This document shows, in pieces, positions 55,506 to 63,821 of a stretch of 64,000 bases of DNA; positions within the stretch are counted from its first letter, which is position 1, and each line of letters opens with the position of its first letter. The stretch spans positions 1 through 64,000 of IMG/VR virus record IMGVR_UViG_3300047476_002078. One strand, written 5' to 3'. The position numbers were made by a program, and so were the translations under genes. The notes beneath the pieces were generated by a model. The model had not been told where the DNA came from. It saw nothing but the letters and a program-made list of their open reading frames with translations, and searched no databases.

Positions 55506-55919
55506 TTAATAAAGTCTTGACCACTTAGTTTGTTTAGTTTTGAGATAATTATCAATTAAGTCTTCCATTGATTCTTCTGTATAAAAACCGACAGGGTAAA
55601 GTTTTGCTAAATTGTCACAGTTAAGCTCCTCGTTTTCAAAGTTTGAAATAAAATCAATAAGCAAAATTACAGCCGCACCGGGGTTATGGGCAAAACAATT
55701 AACTGCCATTAAACCTTGATTGGTTAATTTTATAGGGAGCTTATTAACTTCTACTCTTAGTTGTACGATTTTTGATAAAAATGGCATCTCCTGAATTTCA
55801 AAATCTTTTCCAAGGATACAAAGCTGTAAAAATAATTCAGCTTGGTCTTTGGAAAGTTCCTTATATTTAGGAACAAACCCAAGCTCCGTTGGTAAAGGCA
55901 GTTCATTTTGGTAAAGCAT
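55506..55919 (-). CDS. Hypothetical protein
   Basis: 137 aa. Confidence 0.6.
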   Translation of the reverse strand: MLYQNELPLPTELGFVPKYKELSKDQAELFLQLCILGKDFEIQEMPFLSKIVQLRVEVNKLPIKLTNQGLMAVNCFAHNPGAAVILLIDFISNFENEELNCDNLAKLYPVGFYTEESMEDLIDNYLKTKQTKWSRLY

Positions 55920-56103
55920 TTTTATTTTCCTGATTCCATTTATTTTTAGGACAAGACATATTTTGTAAACGTGCTTTGATTGTCATTACACAGCCACAAA
56001 TACCGCATCGGTTTAGAAATTTTTTGAAGTGTTCGCACTCAGTACATATCGCTAATCTTTGCTCATACTCTTTTTTTAAAACAAAAATCTCTTTAATTTT
56101 CAT
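55903..56103 (-). CDS. Small Cys-rich protein (RL.IC..C..CG.CGC..K..CP.KW type)
   Basis: Conserved Cys spacing. Confidence 0.7.
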   Translation of the reverse strand: MKIKEIFVLKKEYEQRLAICTECEHFKKFLNRCGICGCVMTIKARLQNMSCPKNKWNQENKNALPK

Positions 56104-56333
56104 AGATTTGGTTATTGAGGAAATAATTCTCTGATTTTCATTTATGAAGGGAGTTTACAATAATGTTAATCTGTTTTGTCACAGTTCTTTTGGCTCTTTT
56201 AATTAGACAAGCGTCAGCCCATTCTAAAGGTAATTTCATAAAATGCAACAAAATTATCTCAAAGGTATAAAATTGATATTTTCAAACTATAACTCTTCAG
56301 AATTAATAACTTTTTTAAATCCCTTGAAATAAG

Positions 56334-56516
56334 ATGGACGTTAAAAAGTTTAAAAATGGGGATAAGGTTCAAGTAGTCGCAAGCTCTTGTGGTTACAAAG
56401 GCAAAGGTGAAGTTATTGGACCTGCCTATCTAAAGGCTTATCTGGTAAAAATTGAAGCTGAAGGTTTTAATTCAATCATTCTTGTTAAAGAAGATGAGAT
56501 GAGAAAATTAAAATAA
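56334..56516 (+). CDS. Small KOW/SH3-like protein
   Basis: FKNGDKVQVV..YKG.GEVIG. Confidence 0.6.
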   Translation: MDVKKFKNGDKVQVVASSCGYKGKGEVIGPAYLKAYLVKIEAEGFNSIILVKEDEMRKLK

Positions 56517-56521
56517 AAAAA

Positions 56522-56597
56522 TGGAGCGGGCGAAGGGGTTTGAACCCTCGACATCCAGATTGGAAATCTGGCACTCTACCAACTGAGCTACGCCCGC
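56522..56597 (-). tRNA. trnG: tRNA-Gly(TCC)
   Basis: 76-nt cloverleaf GCGGGCG..., anticodon arm CCAGA-TTTCCAA-TCTGG, T-loop TTCAAAC, encoded CCA. Confidence 0.96.
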
Positions 56598-56619
56598 ATG
56601 GTTTTATTATAGAAAAAAT

Positions 56620-56868
56620 TTATTTTGTAGCAACTATTTTTTGAAAAATATGTTCGCAAACATTTTCGCCCCATTCAACGGGCTTACCACATGTTCCACA
56701 ACGACCAACAGCCGCCATTTTATTACCTTCAGCACAATAACTACAATCGCAATCAACAATCCAATATGGTGAACAATTTTCGGTAGTCATCCAATATTCA
56801 TCGCAGTTTTGACAATACCAATCTATTTTTCCCCAATTTTCCATTAAGACTCCTCTTTCATTTACCAT
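56620..56868 (-). CDS. Cys-rich zinc-ribbon-like protein
   Basis: CQNC, CDCSYC and CGTC motifs. Confidence 0.55.
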   Translation of the reverse strand: MVNERGVLMENWGKIDWYCQNCDEYWMTTENCSPYWIVDCDCSYCAEGNKMAAVGRCGTCGKPVEWGENVCEHIFQKIVATK

Positions 56869-56923
56869 TATAGAGGTAAATTATAAACTTTACTTTACGG
56901 TAAAAACTCGATAGCCTTTTTAA

Positions 56924-57046
56924 ATGAAACAAAATTTATGTGTTGTGTTATATTTAATTTTTATTTTTTTAGCGTCAGGATTTATTGCTTTTTATAGTCC
57001 AATAGAATGTGATGAAGTTTGTATGAAAGAATACATGGAAGAATAG
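56924..57046 (+). CDS. Small membrane peptide, not in the track
   Basis: MKQNLCVVLYLILFFLASGFIAFY..., 40 aa. Confidence 0.4.
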   Translation: MKQNLCVVLYLIFIFLASGFIAFYSPIECDEVCMKEYMEE

Positions 57047-57056
57047 GGAGGTTCCT

Positions 57057-57410
57057 GTGATTGATTACGACCAAAAGGGTAAAGAAGTTTGGGAATTAAA
57101 AGTTGTTACTCTTGATAATGGAAAAAGTTTGCCAACTATCGTGAGTTTTAATGACGGAAAAAATTTTATCGGAGTTGATGATTATAAAGGTTTTAATTAC
57201 GTCTTGTTAGAACAAGACAATGATAAGGTTGTTTACAGTTCTTTAATTTTTCCTCATGTAATGAAAATTTTAGCAAAATTACCAGAATTGCCACTAGCTT
57301 ATGAACCTTACGCTGAGTGGTATTATAACGATAGTACGTCGGTGGAAATTACGGCAAAACCTACACCGAAAGACGAAATTAATTCAAAACCTCATAGCGT
57401 TCACGGGTAG
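57057..57410 (+). CDS. Hypothetical protein
   Basis: GGGAGG RBS, GTG start. Confidence 0.6.
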   Translation: MIDYDQKGKEVWELKVVTLDNGKSLPTIVSFNDGKNFIGVDDYKGFNYVLLEQDNDKVVYSSLIFPHVMKILAKLPELPLAYEPYAEWYYNDSTSVEITAKPTPKDEINSKPHSVHG

Positions 57411-57416
57411 GTCATA

Positions 57417-58376
57417 ATGTCAGATATGGAAGAATTTGCATCTAAAGTGGGAACTTCTAAACCAGAATACAGTGAGAGAGGGAGCTTGGTAGCTGAAGAA
57501 CCTGTACGTTGCCGTGAATCAAAAGAGGGTGCTCCTCAAATTGGTAAACTGACTCAATACGCAAATTTCGCAAGAGGTTTTTTACCTACAACTTCAACAG
57601 TTTCAACATTGCCTGCAAGAGCCTACAAACTCGTCGGTTATCAAGAAGGGGTCGTTCTTGAACCTTTGAATATTGTGACTGATAAACTTATGAGATTTCC
57701 TGACAGTAGATCGGATGAAGTCATTGCAGAAGTTAAAAATTTCTGGAAATTAAAGAGCAAATTTAAACAATTTGGTTTTTCTCATAAAAGAGGATTTTTA
57801 ATATGGGGTCCGCCCGGTTCTGGAAAAACTTGTACTATAGCGATAATTATACAAAATATGCTTCAAGATGAAGGAGTAGTAATTATCGCAGAGTCTCCAA
57901 GGTATCTAGCTGATATTCTACCAAATATAAGATCGGTTGAGCCTGAACGACCTATCATTGTTATTTGGGAAGACTTAGATGCTGTAATAGATCGTTATGG
58001 GGAATCTGAAGTTTTGGCTATTTTAGATGGTGAATCTCAAGTGGAAAATATCGTTTTTATAGCAACGACAAATTATCCTGAAAAACTTGATGGTCGAATT
58101 GTAAATAGACCTAGCCGATTCGATAAAATTGTTAAAATAGGTATGCCAAATGAAGAAGCTAGAAAAATGTATTTAATGGACAAAATAGGAACTACACAAA
58201 TAGATGGTATAGATTTAATCAAATCTACTCATGACTTTTCTATTGCTCATTTAAGAGAATTAATCGTGGGTATAAAGTGTTTGGGTAACTCGCCACAAGA
58301 AGTTATATCAAGGCTTTCTTCAATGAAGAAAAAACCAAAATCAAGTGACACTGGACATACTTTAGGATTGCAATAA
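57417..58376 (+). CDS. AAA+ ATPase (FtsH/Cdc48-clade core, no protease domain)
   Basis: GPPGSGKT, IWEDLD, ATTNYPEKLD..IVNRPSRFD motifs. Confidence 0.9.
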   Translation: MSDMEEFASKVGTSKPEYSERGSLVAEEPVRCRESKEGAPQIGKLTQYANFARGFLPTTSTVSTLPARAYKLVGYQEGVVLEPLNIVTDKLMRFPDSRSDEVIAEVKNFWKLKSKFKQFGFSHKRGFLIWGPPGSGKTCTIAIIIQNMLQDEGVVIIAESPRYLADILPNIRSVEPERPIIVIWEDLDAVIDRYGESEVLAILDGESQVENIVFIATTNYPEKLDGRIVNRPSRFDKIVKIGMPNEEARKMYLMDKIGTTQIDGIDLIKSTHDFSIAHLRELIVGIKCLGNSPQEVISRLSSMKKKPKSSDTGHTLGLQ

Positions 58377-58387
58377 TTTTATATGGG

Positions 58388-58855
58388 TCAGAAATCTGAC
58401 CCATATAATTTTTTTTCTAGTTCAGCGATCTTTTTTTCTAAGTGTGACTTTTTCTTTATCTCTTTAGCTTTATCACCAAATGTAGGAGTGTTTACAGGTT
58501 TACCTGTATTAGGTTTCTCCTTCTCTTTTTTCTTTTTATTCTTGGCAAGCTCCGCTCTTTCATCTTTGGATAGATCATGAGCTTTTTGTCTTGGCATACA
58601 TTTAAGAGGGTCTTTACCGTTATTAGTAATGTCTTTCCAGTCTGGGTCTTTGCTTATTCCACAAGGTCCGACTATATCCCCTGCCTCATAAGTCTTTTTT
58701 TCACCGTCATCTTTTGTAACAGTGTTTTTAACAGGAGTAATAGCTATCCAATCGCCGTAAGGAGCTTTGCCTTTAGCTTTTGATTTACCTTGACCGTGAC
58801 CTTTAAACCAAGCATCCAAACCTCCGTGTTCGGAGCCTTTATCTCTATCAGCCAT
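58388..58855 (-). CDS. Basic hypothetical protein (head-internal candidate)
   Basis: GGLDAWF, GPCG and KCMP..KA motifs; C-terminal LEKKIAELEKKL. Confidence 0.65.
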   Translation of the reverse strand: MADRDKGSEHGGLDAWFKGHGQGKSKAKGKAPYGDWIAITPVKNTVTKDDGEKKTYEAGDIVGPCGISKDPDWKDITNNGKDPLKCMPRQKAHDLSKDERAELAKNKKKKEKEKPNTGKPVNTPTFGDKAKEIKKKSHLEKKIAELEKKLYGSDF

Positions 58856-58857
58856 AT

Positions 58858-59667
58858 TTAATCTGCTTTTTTATAGGTAAGAATAGGTTTTCCGCCTTTA
58901 ACAATTGTGAATCCGCCTTCATCATCAAATTTAATTTCACTTGCTTTTGGAAATTCTAACCAAGAGTCGCCATTAGGAGTTTTGAAAGCAACTGCCTTGG
59001 ACTGAATTTTTGAAACTTCTCTTAATCCTAAATCTTTGTTCAATATGTGGTTAAAACAATTCCACTTAGAACCTATAGTTAAAGATTTCTTGAGGTCTGA
59101 TAGACTTGATTTTTTCTTCCACCCTCCACCAAGCTCTTTATAAGTTTTTGAAGCCCATCCATTTCCGTAGGCACTTGGAAAAATTTCAAAACCTTTACCA
59201 TCGTTAGGTCCATTAATTTCTTTTCCGTTATGTTTAATAGATTTAACTTCGCCTTTAGTAAGTTTCTGTACCTTTTCCCACAATGAAGGGTTTGTAGGCT
59301 CATTGTCTCCTGCAAATTTCTCATTAGACTTTTTGCTTAAAACATCTGATACACTGAAACCTTTTTCCCACATCTTGCACGACCAATACTTAGCTTTCCA
59401 TTTTGGTCCGGGGTCAACATCGCATTGATGTCTTGATCTAAAGTTTTTTCTAGCATCGTCGTTATCACGACGGATTTCCATATTAGGGTCGCCAAAATTT
59501 ACTTTAACTACATTACCTTTATCGTTTTTAACATAAACACTAAATTTTTTAGGACCATCTGGAGTTCGGAAAGGCTTATTTAAAGTTACTTTTTTACCTT
59601 GATATTCAGATTCACCTGCTATCTTCATTTCCATTTCAAAAATTTCAAACTCTATATCTTTTTTCAT
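58858..59667 (-). CDS. Modular basic protein (three small domains joined by K-x-A/S linkers)
   Basis: KVTLNKPFR..VKVNFGD..NFRSRHQC..YWSC; PSAYGNGWASKTYKELGG.W; third domain after KKKS. Confidence 0.7.
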   Translation of the reverse strand: MKKDIEFEIFEMEMKIAGESEYQGKKVTLNKPFRTPDGPKKFSVYVKNDKGNVVKVNFGDPNMEIRRDNDDARKNFRSRHQCDVDPGPKWKAKYWSCKMWEKGFSVSDVLSKKSNEKFAGDNEPTNPSLWEKVQKLTKGEVKSIKHNGKEINGPNDGKGFEIFPSAYGNGWASKTYKELGGGWKKKSSLSDLKKSLTIGSKWNCFNHILNKDLGLREVSKIQSKAVAFKTPNGDSWLEFPKASEIKFDDEGGFTIVKGGKPILTYKKAD

Positions 59668-59675
59668 TTTATCTC

Positions 59676-61100
59676 CTAACGGGAATTACCCCAACGTAAA
59701 ACTTTGGCAGCACTAATGAAATCTTGTAATGATGATTTGATTAAATTAGTGTCGTATTTTTTCCCTTTAGGGAACTTTATGTGAAATCTAAAACTTACTG
59801 CCCATGCTTTTGGAATATCATGGTGACTATCAGAAGACATTGTAACAATGTTGTCTTTTACTATAACTCTTGGAGTTCGATAAGTATCGGTTCCATCGTA
59901 ATAGTCTTCTTCTTGGTAGGTTAAGCTACCTGTAACAAATCCACCTGCGTTTTTAATTCCCTTAACAGCACTATCTATTCGAGATTTGAGTGAGCTTTCC
60001 TCAGATTTAGAAAAATAAAGTTTTGTTTTCCAAGAATCATCAATTTCTTCATATCCCTCGACAGTAATCAAATTTTCATTTTCTGATTCTTTTACTTTAA
60101 TATGTTTTCCATCTTCCATTTTACGAAATTCATGCTGATTTTCTTCAGTTTTATTTTTCAGTTTCTTATATCCACCATCAACTAACATTCTTTGTAATTT
60201 TTCTACTTGAAACAAATTGTCTGTTTTTGATTGAAGTGTACTCTTATCTTCAAAAAATAATTCTTTTACATTGTCATGATTGCCTTCTCCTAAGCTGAAT
60301 TGATAGTAAGGAAGACCTTCTGTAAAAGTCATAACAATAGATGCAAAAAGAGGTTTTTGTCCTTTAATGTTAATTACTGCCCCTGATTTAACATCAATGC
60401 TGTAGTTCATTGGATTTTGTCTTGCATAGTTTCTGTACTTAACATCAAAATCTAACCCTGAACCTCTTGTTATGTTTTCTTTTACTAATGATTGAAATTT
60501 TTTTACTAAATCAGATAAATCTTTAGGGGGTGTTTTTGATGAATTAAATTTGTCTTTTTGACTTTCAATATCTTTTTCAGCTTTTGTCTTATATTTTTCA
60601 GCTTCAGATTTTAATTTTGCTAGATCAGAATTATTTTCTTTCCCTTGGTTGAAAGCTCTAATTACATTCTGAATTATAAAAACGGCTTGTCGAAGTTTTA
60701 CTAACTTTTGAGATAAATCTTCGGCTCCTGCTTTTTTTGATGCTCTTATTGAAGATGAATACTCAATTGTAGCCACAAGATCATAAACATCATTTTCCTG
60801 TGGTTTTGAGGGACCAAAAGAAGCGTTAATGTAAAGTAAGAATCCTCCCTTATCTCCATGTGGAATTTCTACGTACCATTTTTTTCCATCTGGCATAGGT
60901 GAATGTTCACTATTAGGTATGTGGTAATAATCAGTTTTTTGTATGTTATAGTCTATTCCATTATCAGAAAGGTCTTTTAAAATACTTTGAACAGGCTTCC
61001 ACGTATCATCTCTAAAAAATCCCTTAGTCTTGGGATATATTATAGACTGTAAGTAAGACTTCGCTTTATGCTTTGATAACTCGTTAAACATGACGTTCAC
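59676..61100 (-). CDS. Modular hypothetical protein with K-x-A motifs
   Basis: 474 aa from the GTG; the ATG at 61091 fits the GAGG spacing; SKHKA and SKKAG motifs. Confidence 0.6.
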   Translation of the reverse strand: MNVMFNELSKHKAKSYLQSIIYPKTKGFFRDDTWKPVQSILKDLSDNGIDYNIQKTDYYHIPNSEHSPMPDGKKWYVEIPHGDKGGFLLYINASFGPSKPQENDVYDLVATIEYSSSIRASKKAGAEDLSQKLVKLRQAVFIIQNVIRAFNQGKENNSDLAKLKSEAEKYKTKAEKDIESQKDKFNSSKTPPKDLSDLVKKFQSLVKENITRGSGLDFDVKYRNYARQNPMNYSIDVKSGAVINIKGQKPLFASIVMTFTEGLPYYQFSLGEGNHDNVKELFFEDKSTLQSKTDNLFQVEKLQRMLVDGGYKKLKNKTEENQHEFRKMEDGKHIKVKESENENLITVEGYEEIDDSWKTKLYFSKSEESSLKSRIDSAVKGIKNAGGFVTGSLTYQEEDYYDGTDTYRTPRVIVKDNIVTMSSDSHHDIPKAWAVSFRFHIKFPKGKKYDTNLIKSSLQDFISAAKVLRWGNSR

Positions 61101-61140
61101 CTCTTGAATATAAAACTATTATATTAAGAAATTAGACATC

Positions 61141-61710
61141 TTAATCCCAATCCCAAGGGTCATAAAAAAATTTATCGGAATTGCTCCCAAGTTTATCAAA
61201 TCTTTCATGTTTTATACATTCACGTTCAAACATTCTATGACGCTTTGCAGATTTTTTTCTACTTATCTGGCGAGCCGTACTACGTGATCTTTTATAGTCT
61301 CTTCTTTTATCCTTTTTCCAAGAGCTTTTATTTTTTGTATCCTTTTTTTTGTGATGCTGTTTACGAACAAACTTTTGTTTTTCCCTGAACTTCTTGACAG
61401 TTGCTTTTTTAAAGTAAGTTTTAAAAAAAATATCTTTACCGTTTTTAATTTTCTGGCAAAATTCAAAAAAACTCATTTTAAGGCACATCGAAAATATACC
61501 TTCATCGTACAGGTTTTGCAGTAGTGGTAATTTTAATTCATGCTTATCTGAGTAGATATATTTGAAAGATTTTAAGCAGAAATATTTTTCAGGTGGATAA
61601 GGTTCACCGCATTTTTCAACGTAAAACAAATAACAAAAACGAAGGTAATTGTTTTGCTTTTCTTCAGTCCAAACAGGTTTCCATGCAGGATTAGGATAAA
61701 TTTTTGACAT
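61141..61710 (-). CDS. Very basic hypothetical protein
   Basis: RBS AAGGAG; K/R-rich C-terminal half. Confidence 0.6.
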   Translation of the reverse strand: MSKIYPNPAWKPVWTEEKQNNYLRFCYLFYVEKCGEPYPPEKYFCLKSFKYIYSDKHELKLPLLQNLYDEGIFSMCLKMSFFEFCQKIKNGKDIFFKTYFKKATVKKFREKQKFVRKQHHKKKDTKNKSSWKKDKRRDYKRSRSTARQISRKKSAKRHRMFERECIKHERFDKLGSNSDKFFYDPWDWD

Positions 61711-61823
61711 AAAGTCTCCTTAGTGAAAGTTCACTAATGAGCGTCAAATAAAAATTTTCCTAGTTTTGTGTGGTTCATTCTCATACAATATTTAAAATAA
61801 TTAACTGATTACATATAATTTTT

Positions 61824-62360
61824 GTGATGCAAGATTGGAAAGTTTTAATTATTGACCAGTTAGATCAACCTATCAAAATGGTTGATTGGACTACGGCTAT
61901 CATAATGCTACTTCAAAACAAAATTGACGTAGTTTATGAATATCAAAATGTTTTAATTAGAAGTGAGAAAATACAAATAAATTTACCATCTGTTATAAGG
62001 TTAAAGCGTTATTTCCGAAGACCTTCTTCCGCAAAATTTTCCAGATATTCAGTGTACTTTAGAGATAAATGGACTTGTCAGTATTGCGGTGAAAAGAAAA
62101 AACAGAAAGAGCTTACTTTTGACCATGTGATACCTCGAAGTTTAGGAGGTAAAACTAATTGGGAGAACATTGTTACAGCTTGTTTTAGATGTAACGGTAA
62201 AAAAGCTGATTTATCACTTCAAGAATCTGGTATGAGTCTTTTAAATAAACCTAAAAAGCCTCATTGGACTCCTTGCATTATATTTAAAATAAAAAAACAT
62301 CATCCTGAAGAGTGGAAGTATTACATTCATTGGTACGATCAGATCGAAGAAAATATTTAG
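61824..62360 (+). CDS. HNH endonuclease (McrA-like)
   Basis: RDKWTCQYCG, TFDHVIPRS.GG.T.WEN and ACFRCN.KK motifs. Confidence 0.92.
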   Translation: MMQDWKVLIIDQLDQPIKMVDWTTAIIMLLQNKIDVVYEYQNVLIRSEKIQINLPSVIRLKRYFRRPSSAKFSRYSVYFRDKWTCQYCGEKKKQKELTFDHVIPRSLGGKTNWENIVTACFRCNGKKADLSLQESGMSLLNKPKKPHWTPCIIFKIKKHHPEEWKYYIHWYDQIEENI

Positions 62361-62382
62361 AAATTGAATCTATAATAAAGCT

Positions 62383-62550
62383 ATGGATTGTAAACATGAT
62401 TACAAAAATGCTTATACCCAAGTTCTTTATGAAGATAATAAAATTATCGAAACTGTAGAATTTTGCCCTAAATGTAAACAAGTTATCAGACATGAAATAA
62501 TCTCAAAAGATCAAAAATCAGATACTTACGACATCAAATGCGAACATTAG
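62383..62550 (+). CDS. Small Cys/His protein, not in the track
   Basis: MDCKHDY...FCPKC..., 55 aa. Confidence 0.5.
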   Translation: MDCKHDYKNAYTQVLYEDNKIIETVEFCPKCKQVIRHEIISKDQKSDTYDIKCEH

Positions 62551-62590
62551 TTAATAGTTTTGGTTATAGGAATCTTTAAAGGAGATACAG

Positions 62591-62701
62591 ATGAAATGGA
62601 TATTCTTATTATCAGTTATCTTGTCTTGTAGCCACGTTGAAGAAAAACCTTGTTCTGAAAACTGTAATCATCACAAACATGTTTATGAGAGGGCTAGATG
62701 A
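62591..62701 (+). CDS. Small lipoprotein, not in the track
   Basis: AGGAG RBS; MKWIFLLSVILS-C lipobox-like; ATGA-coupled to the next gene; 36 aa. Confidence 0.55.
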   Translation: MKWIFLLSVILSCSHVEEKPCSENCNHHKHVYERAR

Positions 62702-62913
62702 AAACAAAATTAATCTTAGCCTTTCTGTTATTTTTTAGTAGTTGCGGAAAACCGATAGTTGATAAATCCGATGAAGTTCAAAGAGAAGTTTATTCTTCAG
62801 AGTATGATTTAAAAAGAGAGGTTCTCAATTACAATTTTACAAGGTATTCTAACAAAGAAATAACATGCTATACCTTCAATGGTTTTGATTTGGATTGTAA
62901 ATGGAAGTTTTAG
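62698..62913 (+). CDS. Small lipoprotein
   Basis: MKTKLILAFLLFFSS-C lipobox-like. Confidence 0.65.
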   Translation: MKTKLILAFLLFFSSCGKPIVDKSDEVQREVYSSEYDLKREVLNYNFTRYSNKEITCYTFNGFDLDCKWKF

Positions 62914-63821
62914 TTACAGGCGGAGCAGGATTTATCGGAAGTCATTTATGTGACCATTTAATCAGTAAAGGTTGCAATGTTACGGTAATTGATGACTTAT
63001 CAACAGGCAGAAATAAAAATTTATCCAAAAAAGTCGATTTTATTCAAGCAGATATTTCAAAGCAAGAGACGTGGAATAGTTTAAACAAAAATTTTAATGC
63101 TTTGTTTCATTTAGCCGCAAAAACTTCGGTAACAGAATCGGTAAAAATACCGTCATTCTATTTTCAGCAAAATGTTATTACGTCACAATACATTTATGAA
63201 TGGAGCATAAAAAACAACGTAAAGAATGTAATTTATGCAAATACCGCTGGAGCCTTGTACGGTGACGCTTTTGATAAAGGTCATAATGAAAGCTCCTTAC
63301 CTAAGCCTAAGTCTCCTTATGGTGCGACTAAATACGCCTGCGAGCTTTTTTTAATGTCTCTCCCAATAAATTTTACTTCCATAAGATTAGCCAACGTATA
63401 TGGGGAGAGACAAATAACCAAAGGTGAAGCAGGAGTAATCCCTATTTTTACGGAAAATATTCACGCTGGTAAAGATTGCATTATTTTCGGTAAAAATAAA
63501 ATGCGTGACTACATTCATGTAACAGATGTTTGTGAATATTTTGTTAGAGCCTTTGAAAAAATGCTCCCATCACAGGGATGGAAAGAGATTTTTAATGTAG
63601 GGACAGGCGTAAAAACTGAAGATGAGAAAGTTTTTAATACTATTTCTAGTGTAATTAAAAAGCCTGCTCAAATGTTATATGCTGATAAGAGAGATGGGGA
63701 AATAGATGTAACTTATTTAGACATCTCTAAAGCAAAAGAGATTTTAGAATATGAACCAAAAATAGAATTTGTTCAAGGTTGCTCGAATACTGTCAGATAT
63801 TATTTAGAAAATGAGTTTTGA
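62901..63821 (+). CDS. NAD-dependent nucleotide-sugar epimerase/dehydratase (GalE/WcaG-like SDR)
   Basis: VTGGAGFIGSH, YGATK, NVYGERQ and RDYIHV.D motifs. Confidence 0.93.
   Translation: MEVLVTGGAGFIGSHLCDHLISKGCNVTVIDDLSTGRNKNLSKKVDFIQADISKQETWNSLNKNFNALFHLAAKTSVTESVKIPSFYFQQNVITSQYIYEWSIKNNVKNVIYANTAGALYGDAFDKGHNESSLPKPKSPYGATKYACELFLMSLPINFTSIRLANVYGERQITKGEAGVIPIFTENIHAGKDCIIFGKNKMRDYIHVTDVCEYFVRAFEKMLPSQGWKEIFNVGTGVKTEDEKVFNTISSVIKKPAQMLYADKRDGEIDVTYLDISKAKEILEYEPKIEFVQGCSNTVRYYLENEF

Noticed and set aside
56112-56141. Mini-ORF MKIRELFPQ resembling the start of the downstream gene (MKIKEIF)
   Set aside because: Nine codons in AT-rich DNA with no clear RBS; may be chance
1968-61140. TAATTT..TAT-like late-promoter consensus upstream of several putative late genes
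   Set aside because: Cannot be separated by eye from the AT-rich background; needs motif statistics and TSS data
2924-62493. Short antisense track ORFs (e.g. 2924, 3833, 5492, 9712, 13009, 15372, 21978, 22239, 31822, 44473, 52188, 58383)
   Set aside because: They lie wholly or largely opposite well-supported genes and show reverse-complement composition
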